A stretch of 64,000 bases of DNA from positions 6,270 through 70,269 of the forward strand of contig MGSS01000051.1 in assembly GCA_001798595.1 (NCBI GenBank), given 5' to 3'. Positions within the stretch are counted from its first letter, which is position 1. Every line of letters begins with the position of its first letter. Shown piece by piece: positions 58,348 through 64,000 of this stretch. The notes below the pieces were generated by a model. That model did no database searches, was not told where the DNA came from, and saw only the letters and a program-made list of their open reading frames with translations. The DNA comes from Deltaproteobacteria bacterium RIFCSPLOWO2_12_FULL_60_19. Lineage in GTDB: Bacteria > Desulfobacterota > Binatia > UBA9968. Both the position numbers and the translations under genes were made by a program.

Positions 58348-58915
58348 AACATCTCAAGCATTCGTTGGAGCATATCCCGCGACGCCCGCTCCATCAGCCG
58401 GTCGCGCGCCTCCTGCTTAAGAGTCTCGGTGAGTTGCACGTCCGTGAAGCGCGGCACATCCGCCGCGTTCAGCGGGCGCGATTTGAACTCCGAGGAAGTT
58501 GTCACCACCGCTCCCCTCGATCCGCTGTAAACCTCGGCGAACCGGATGCCTTGGGTCCGCCAAAGGACTTCGTCGGGAGCCCGCCGTCGCAAAGTCATGT
58601 CTAAAACCATCGTCAGCTCATACTGCAGCGCCTCGTCGTTGCGGTTGGTGCCGACCGCGCGGCTGTCGTAACTGCGCACGACCCCGCTGACGATCGCATC
58701 CGCCTGATCCAGCTGGGTGACCAACCTAAGGTGCCTCTTTTGGCGTAGCTCGTTTTTGAGCGCCGCCGTGACCTCCCCTTCGACCCCCACCTCCCGCGTC
58801 CGGTTGACCAAAGTCTCAACGAAAACCTTCTGCACGTCTTTGGGAAACGCCTCGCCCTTCGCAGAAAAGCCGTAGCCGCAACCAGCCACCACCAACCCCA
58901 CCAAGGCAAGCAAGC
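58344..58915 (-). CDS. lptE: LptE-like LPS-assembly lipoprotein (start uncertain, probably non-ATG)
   Basis: Lipobox LVGLVVAGCGYG. Position immediately downstream of leuS (conserved leuS-lptE pairing). About 180-aa mature protein. The 5' part of the annotated ORF lies in the AT-rich repeat. Confidence 0.5.
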
Positions 58916-58923
58916 CCCCCGTC

Positions 58924-59016
58924 CAATTTTGAATTTTGAATTTTGAATTTTGAATTTTAGATTTTAGATTCCAATTACAAACTAAAAACTCAAAACTTAA
59001 AACTTTTGCATTTTGC
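58924..59016. repeat. AT-rich heptad palindromic element, copy C
   Basis: AATTTTGAATTTTGAATTTTGAATTTTAGATTTTAGATT ... CTTTTGCATTTTGCATTTTGCC. Confidence 0.7.
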
Positions 59017-59038
59017 ATTTTGCCGTGTCCTCTCATCT

Positions 59039-61636
59039 TTATCCCTCCAAAACGATATTCACCAGCCGCCGCGGCACTTGAACGATTCGTTGAATCTTCC
59101 GCCCCTGCAAAAAGCTTGTCACCCTGGAATCGCGCAGCGCCTCGGCTTCTATTGACTCCCCGCTGGCATCCCCCGGCACGGTGATCTTGCCGCGCACTCT
59201 GCCGTCGACCTGCACCACGATCAGCAGCCGCTCCGGCTCGATTACTTTTTCAGCATACGCGGGCCAGCCCGTCTCGTCCAGGCTTTTTTCGCTGGCGATC
59301 TCCGTCCATAGCTCGCTCACCAGATGAGGCACAAAGGGATACAGCAAAACCAGGATCGTTTTCAAGCTCTCGCGAACGACTCCTCCGCCCTCTTGCCAGG
59401 CCGCCTCCTCTCGCGCCGCCTGGCCGACCGCGTTGAACAGCTCCATCACCGCGGCGATCGCCGCATTAAAGTGAAACCGCTCTTCCATATCCTCCGTCAC
59501 CTTCTTAATAGTCCGGTGAGTCAACCGGCGCAACTCCCTGAGCGGCGCCGGGAGATCCTTTTTGGGAACATCCGATCTGGCTGCGGCCAACGCCTCACCG
59601 TGCTGAGAAACGAAGCGCCAGAGCCGGGTAAGAAACCGGTAAGCTCCCTCGACCCCCTGGTCGCTCCATTCGAGGTCTTTTTCCGGCGGGGCGGCGAAAA
59701 GTGTGAAGAGACGAGCCGTGTCCGCGCCGTAGCGGGCGATCAGATCTTCCGGGTCGATGATGTTCTTTTTGGATTTCGACATCTTCTCGACGCGCCCCTT
59801 CTCGACCGGCCCGTCGCACTGGGGACAGCGCCACCCCTCCTGCTCGGAGCCGAGGAGATCCGTGGGCAACAGCCAGTCGTGCCGGCCGCAGCGGTAGGTC
59901 TCCTTGCAGACCATCCCCTGCGTCAGCAGATTGGCGAACGGTTCGTCGACTTTTACGAGCTTCAGATCTCTCAGCGCTTTGGTGAAGAAGCGCGCGTAGA
60001 GAAGATGCAGCACCGCGTGCTCGACGCCGCCGATATACTGATCGACCGGCATCCAATAAGCCGCGCTCTTGGAGTCGAACGGCGCCTGGTCGAAGTCCGA
60101 CGAAACATAGCGGAGAAAATACCAGGACGAATCCACAAAGGTGTCCATCGTATCGGTCTCGCGCCGCGCCGCGCCGCCGCACCGGGCGCAGGCGGTCTCC
60201 AGAAAAGCCCGGCTCTCCACCAGAGGCGAACCCCCCTTGCCGGTAAACGGCACGTGGCGCGGCAGCTCCACCGGCAGGTCGGCTTCCGGGACGGGAACAA
60301 CGCCGCACCTGGCGCAGTAGAGGATGGGGATCGGCGTTCCCCAGTAGCGCTGCCTGGAGATTCCCCAATCGCGCAAGCGAAAACGGATATCCTTTTTTCC
60401 CCAGCCCTTTTCCTCAAGATACGCCGCAATATTCTCTTTTCCCGCGCCGCTCGAAAGTCCGGTGAAGGGGCCGCTCTCCACCATCACCCCGTCATCGACG
60501 TAGGCTTCGGTCATCCGATCGGCGGCCAGCGTGCGATCCTTTGGTTGGATCACCACGCGGATCAGCAGGCCGCATTTCTTGGCAAACTCAAAATCCCGTT
60601 GGTCGTGCGCCGGTACCGCCATCACCGCGCCGGTCCCGTACTCCATGAGGACGAAGTTGGCGAGGTAGATGGGAATCGTCTCGCCGGTGAAAGGATTCTT
60701 GCAATAGGCGCCGGTGAAAACGCCTTCTTTCTCCATCCCCTCTTCGCCCCGGCGGGACTGGCTCGTCTGCTTGATCCGATCGACGAATTCTTCGACGGCC
60801 TGCTCTTGCGGCGTCCCCCGCGCCAGCTCCAACGCCAGCGGATGCTCGACCGCAAGAGAGACGAAGGTCGCGCCGTACACGGTGTCCTGGCGCGTCGTAA
60901 AGATCGTGAGCCCGCCTTCCCGGCCGGCAAACGGGAAGAGAATCTCCGCGCCGATCGACTTGCCGATCCAGTTGCGCTGCATGATGCGGACTTTCTCCGG
61001 CCAGCCCTCGAGACGATCGATGTCCCGCAGCAGCTCTTCGGCGTAAGCGGTAGTGCGGAAAAACCACTGCTCCAGCTCTTTCTGCGCCACCGCCGAGTCG
61101 CAGCGCCAGCAGGCGCCGTCGATCACCTGCTCGTTGGCGAGAACCGTTTGGCAGGACGGGCACCAGTTGACCGCCGAGCTTTTCTTGTAGGCCAACCCCC
61201 GCTTATACAACTGCAAAAAGATCCATTGATTCCAGCGGTAGTAGTCGGGGGAACAGGTCGCCACCTCGCGTTCCCAGTCGTACGAGAAACCCAGCCGCTT
61301 CAGCTGGGTCTTCATGTAGAGGATATTCTCCCGGGTCCAGCTCTCCGGATGGACGCCCCGCTCGATCGCCGCGTTCTCCGCCGGGAGGCCGAAGGCGTCC
61401 CAACCCATCGGGTGGAGCACGTTCAAGCCTTTCATCCGCTTGTAGCGCGCGACCACGTCGCCGATCGAATAGTTGCGCACGTGTCCCATGTGGATCCGGC
61501 CCGAGGGGTAGGGAAACATTTCCAGGACGTAGTATTTGGGCAACCTGCCGTTCTCGGCGGCGCGGAAGCTCTTTTGCTCTTCCCAAATCCGCTGCCACTT
61601 GAGTTCGACTTCGTTGGGATCGTAGCGTTTTTCCAT
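59039..61636 (-). CDS. leuS: Leucyl-tRNA synthetase
   Basis: HMGH ([15 protein letters not shown]) and KMSKS motifs. About 865 aa from [15 protein letters not shown]. Confidence 0.9.
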   Translation of the reverse strand: MEKRYDPNEVELKWQRIWEEQKSFRAAENGRLPKYYVLEMFPYPSGRIHMGHVRNYSIGDVVARYKRMKGLNVLHPMGWDAFGLPAENAAIERGVHPESWTRENILYMKTQLKRLGFSYDWEREVATCSPDYYRWNQWIFLQLYKRGLAYKKSSAVNWCPSCQTVLANEQVIDGACWRCDSAVAQKELEQWFFRTTAYAEELLRDIDRLEGWPEKVRIMQRNWIGKSIGAEILFPFAGREGGLTIFTTRQDTVYGATFVSLAVEHPLALELARGTPQEQAVEEFVDRIKQTSQSRRGEEGMEKEGVFTGAYCKNPFTGETIPIYLANFVLMEYGTGAVMAVPAHDQRDFEFAKKCGLLIRVVIQPKDRTLAADRMTEAYVDDGVMVESGPFTGLSSGAGKENIAAYLEEKGWGKKDIRFRLRDWGISRQRYWGTPIPILYCARCGVVPVPEADLPVELPRHVPFTGKGGSPLVESRAFLETACARCGGAARRETDTMDTFVDSSWYFLRYVSSDFDQAPFDSKSAAYWMPVDQYIGGVEHAVLHLLYARFFTKALRDLKLVKVDEPFANLLTQGMVCKETYRCGRHDWLLPTDLLGSEQEGWRCPQCDGPVEKGRVEKMSKSKKNIIDPEDLIARYGADTARLFTLFAAPPEKDLEWSDQGVEGAYRFLTRLWRFVSQHGEALAAARSDVPKKDLPAPLRELRRLTHRTIKKVTEDMEERFHFNAAIAAVMELFNAVGQAAREEAAWQEGGGVVRESLKTILVLLYPFVPHLVSELWTEIASEKSLDETGWPAYAEKVIEPERLLIVVQVDGRVRGKITVPGDASGESIEAEALRDSRVTSFLQGRKIQRIVQVPRRLVNIVLEG

Positions 61637-61646
61637 CGCCTGCCGG

Positions 61647-62063
61647 CTACTCCGATTTCGCGCCGCTTGAGTGCGCCACCTGGTCCAATATTCCGTTGAT
61701 GAATGTGGCCGAATCACCCGACCCGTACCGTTTGCCGATCTCGATCGCTTCGTCGAGGCTCACGTTGACCGGGATATCGGGGCAAAAGAGCAATTCGTAA
61801 GCCGCCATGCGGAGAATCGTCAGATCCACCTTGGCCATCCGGCTGAGCTTCCAGTGTTCCGCGGCGCGCTCGATGACTTGATCGATCTCCGCCTGGCGGG
61901 CGCCGACCCCGGCGATCAGGCGCCGGGCGAAATCTTTGGCCTCCGGGCCGCCCTCGAAATGGCTCAAAAAAAGCTCGACCGCTCTCGGCGAGCTGTCACC
62001 GGTCATCGCCAACTGATAGAGCGCTTGCAGCGCCAACTCTCTTCCTTTGCGTCGGGGTCCCAT
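61647..62063 (-). CDS. nusB: Transcription antitermination factor NusB
   Basis: [14 protein letters not shown] start. 138 aa. Confidence 0.85.
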   Translation of the reverse strand: MGPRRKGRELALQALYQLAMTGDSSPRAVELFLSHFEGGPEAKDFARRLIAGVGARQAEIDQVIERAAEHWKLSRMAKVDLTILRMAAYELLFCPDIPVNVSLDEAIEIGKRYGSGDSATFINGILDQVAHSSGAKSE

Positions 62064-62139
62064 GAAAAACAGGCAACAGGCGTGAGGCGTGAGTTTTTTC
62101 TCCCCCCTACCGCCTTCTGCCTCTCGCCTTTCGCCTAGT

Positions 62140-62607
62140 TTACGGAATCGTCCGGTTCAGCCTCGCCATCTCGATGGCGGTCAGCGCCGATTCGAATCCT
62201 TTGTTCTCCATCTTGGCGCCGGCTCGCTCCATCGCCTGCTCAACGTTGTTGGTGGTGAGGACGCCGAACGCCACCGGCAGCCGATGTTCCAGCATGACCC
62301 GGCTCAGGCCGCTGGTGACCGCCTCCGCGATGTAGTCGAAATGGGGAGTGTCGCCGCGAATCACCGCGCCCAGGCAAACCAGCGCGTCGTACTTGCCGCC
62401 GGCAGCCAGCTTCTCGGCCATCAGGGGAATCTCAAACGCTCCCGGCACGCGGACCACGTCGATGTTCTCGTCCGCTGCTCCATGCATCTTGAGCGCGTCC
62501 AGCGCCCCCTCGAGCAGTCTGTCCGTCACAAAGTTGTTGAAGCGGCTGACGATCACTCCAAATTTCAGCCCGCTTGCGTCGAGCTTGCCCTCGATTACCT
62601 TGGCCAT
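62140..62607 (-). CDS. ribH: 6,7-dimethyl-8-ribityllumazine synthase
   Basis: 155 aa. [19 protein letters not shown]...[10 protein letters not shown]. Confidence 0.9.
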   Translation of the reverse strand: MAKVIEGKLDASGLKFGVIVSRFNNFVTDRLLEGALDALKMHGAADENIDVVRVPGAFEIPLMAEKLAAGGKYDALVCLGAVIRGDTPHFDYIAEAVTSGLSRVMLEHRLPVAFGVLTTNNVEQAMERAGAKMENKGFESALTAIEMARLNRTIP

Positions 62608-62608
62608 A

Positions 62609-62733
62609 AACTCTGCAATGCAAAAGGAAAATTGAAAAGTGTCAAAGTCGAAATATCTGATTCCGGGCGGCCGGATTTCGGACAGGACTTCCTAAAACTT
62701 TTGCATTTTTCATTTTGCACTTTGCATTTTGGA
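62609..62733. repeat. AT-rich heptad palindromic element, copy D (with central GC hairpin)
   Basis: TGCAAAAGGAAAATTGAAAAGTGTCAAAG ... CTTTTGCATTTTTCATTTTGCACTTTGCATTTTGG. Central TCCGGGCGGCCGGA. Confidence 0.7.
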
Positions 62734-62744
62734 TTGACCGGTTG

Positions 62745-63962
62745 TTATTCCGGTTTGACGTTGAGACTGGAAAACAGATGGCCCAACTTCTCTTGCTTGG
62801 TGCGCAGGTAGGCGATATTGGAGGCGTGCGGCGGAGTCTCCAGCGGAACACGCTCCACGACGGTGAGACCGTAGCCCTCCACCCCGATGATTTTGCGCGG
62901 ATTATTCGTCAACAGTCTGAGTTTCTGAACGCCAAGGTCGCGCAGAATCTGCGCCCCCAGGCCGTAATCTCTCAGGTCTTCCTTGAAGCCCAGCTCGAGG
63001 TTGGCCTGCACCGTGTCCAGTCCCTGGTCCTGCAAGGCATAGGCCCTGATTTTGTTGGTCAGCCCAATGCCGCGCCCTTCCTGATTCATATAGACCAGGA
63101 CCCCTTTGCCTTCGGCGTCGATCAACTTGAGGCTCTGACGAATCTGATCGCCGCAGTCGCACCGCTCCGAGCCGAACACATCCCCGGTCAGACATTCCGA
63201 ATGCATCCTCACCAGCACGGCGTCGTCCGGGCGAATCTCATTTTTCACCAGGGCGATGTGCTCGTGAGCATCGACGTTGTTGCGGTAGACGATCGCTCTA
63301 TAGGCCCCGCCGTGAATGGTCGGGAAGTCGGCCTCGGTCACCCGCTTCACGAGACACTCGCTGCGCAGGCGGTAGGCGATCAGCTCGGCGATGGAGGCCG
63401 TCTTCAACCGATGCCGCTCGGCGAACGTCTCCAGGTAAGGCGCAAATGCGACCGCGCCGTCCTCCTGGAGAATCTGGCAAATAACACCCGACGGGTGGAG
63501 GCCGGCGATACGAGCGAGATCAACCGCGGTTTCCACCTGGCCGGAGCGGACCAATACACCGCCGTTCTTCGCCTGTATCGGGAAGACGTAACCCGGAGTC
63601 ACAAAATCGCTGCGCCTGGCGGCGCCGGCCGCTGCGGCCCGGATCGTGTGCGCCCGGCTGGCAGCCGACGCTCCAGAGGCGTCGGCCCGATGCGCAATCG
63701 AGACGCCGAACGTGCTCCCTTGCGTCGAGCTGCATTCCTGCACCATGAGTGGTATCTCAAGCTGCTTCATCCGCTCTTCGGTCAAGGCCACGGAGACCAG
63801 GCCGCGGCCATGGAGCAGCATGAAGTTTACCGTTTCGGGCGTGATCTTTTCCGCCGCCGCGCAAAGATAGCCTTCGCTGTCGGGTGTATCGTCGTCGATC
63901 AGGACAACGACGCGGCCGTTTCGGATCTCCGCTACGACTTCATCGACGCTTGCGAGTTTCAT
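62745..63962 (-). CDS. ribBA: Bifunctional 3,4-dihydroxy-2-butanone-4-phosphate synthase / GTP cyclohydrolase II
   Basis: DHBP synthase N-terminal half ([15 protein letters not shown]). GCH-II C-terminal half with the zinc site CDCG in SERCDCGDQ. Confidence 0.85.
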   Translation of the reverse strand: MKLASVDEVVAEIRNGRVVVLIDDDTPDSEGYLCAAAEKITPETVNFMLLHGRGLVSVALTEERMKQLEIPLMVQECSSTQGSTFGVSIAHRADASGASAASRAHTIRAAAAGAARRSDFVTPGYVFPIQAKNGGVLVRSGQVETAVDLARIAGLHPSGVICQILQEDGAVAFAPYLETFAERHRLKTASIAELIAYRLRSECLVKRVTEADFPTIHGGAYRAIVYRNNVDAHEHIALVKNEIRPDDAVLVRMHSECLTGDVFGSERCDCGDQIRQSLKLIDAEGKGVLVYMNQEGRGIGLTNKIRAYALQDQGLDTVQANLELGFKEDLRDYGLGAQILRDLGVQKLRLLTNNPRKIIGVEGYGLTVVERVPLETPPHASNIAYLRTKQEKLGHLFSSLNVKPE

Positions 63963-64000
63963 GTTTTGATGGAACCAACTTCTGGATATATTTACCGATT

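Overview
This is a high-GC (~60-65%) chromosomal segment from a Gram-negative-type bacterium. The Gram-negative call rests on the genes ftsEX-envC, lptE, tatAC, murJ and an outer-membrane beta-barrel protein. Most of the window is conserved housekeeping, largely on the minus strand:
- rpsU-yqeY-cvpA-dnaG-rpoD macromolecular-synthesis operon
- xseA-(M23 peptidase)-xseB-ispA-dxs-tlyA
- ftsE-ftsX-envC
- ribBA-ribH-nusB-leuS-lptE
- hppA, tatC, murJ, rpsT, plus tRNA-Met and tRNA-Leu

The window starts with the tail of a MoaD/ThiS-like sulfur-carrier CDS sitting directly upstream of a cysteine synthase (a CysO/CysM-type arrangement). An ECF sigma / zinc anti-sigma pair follows on the minus strand.

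Three parts are not ordinary:
1. A glycan/lipid-modification locus on the plus strand at 4.4-15.4 kb. It runs GT2, a FAD oxidoreductase carrying a duplicated 2-TM module, two ~70%-identical PaaK/F390-synthetase-like adenylate-forming paralogs flanking a PAPS-type sulfotransferase, a GT4, and a DUF1736/TPR membrane glycosyltransferase-like protein.
2. A low-GC (~50%) islet at 48.9-52.2 kb around tRNA-Leu(TAA). It is bounded by a 26-nt direct repeat of the tRNA 3' end. It holds three translationally coupled ORFs of unknown function behind a perfect palindromic operator, a convergent distant paralog on the other side of the tRNA, and a hicAB toxin-antitoxin pair. No integrase is present.
3. Two families of intergenic palindromic repeats. 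One is a ~133-bp nested-hairpin element (two copies, next to rpsU and rpsT) whose CTAG termini supply the stop codons of the abutting genes. The other is an AT-rich element built from TGCAAAA / TTTTGCA heptads (at least five copies), sitting immediately upstream of start codons inside operons.

A 36-bp-arm inverted repeat lies upstream of a TPP-enzyme gene. No CRISPR arrays, rRNA genes or obvious transposases were seen.
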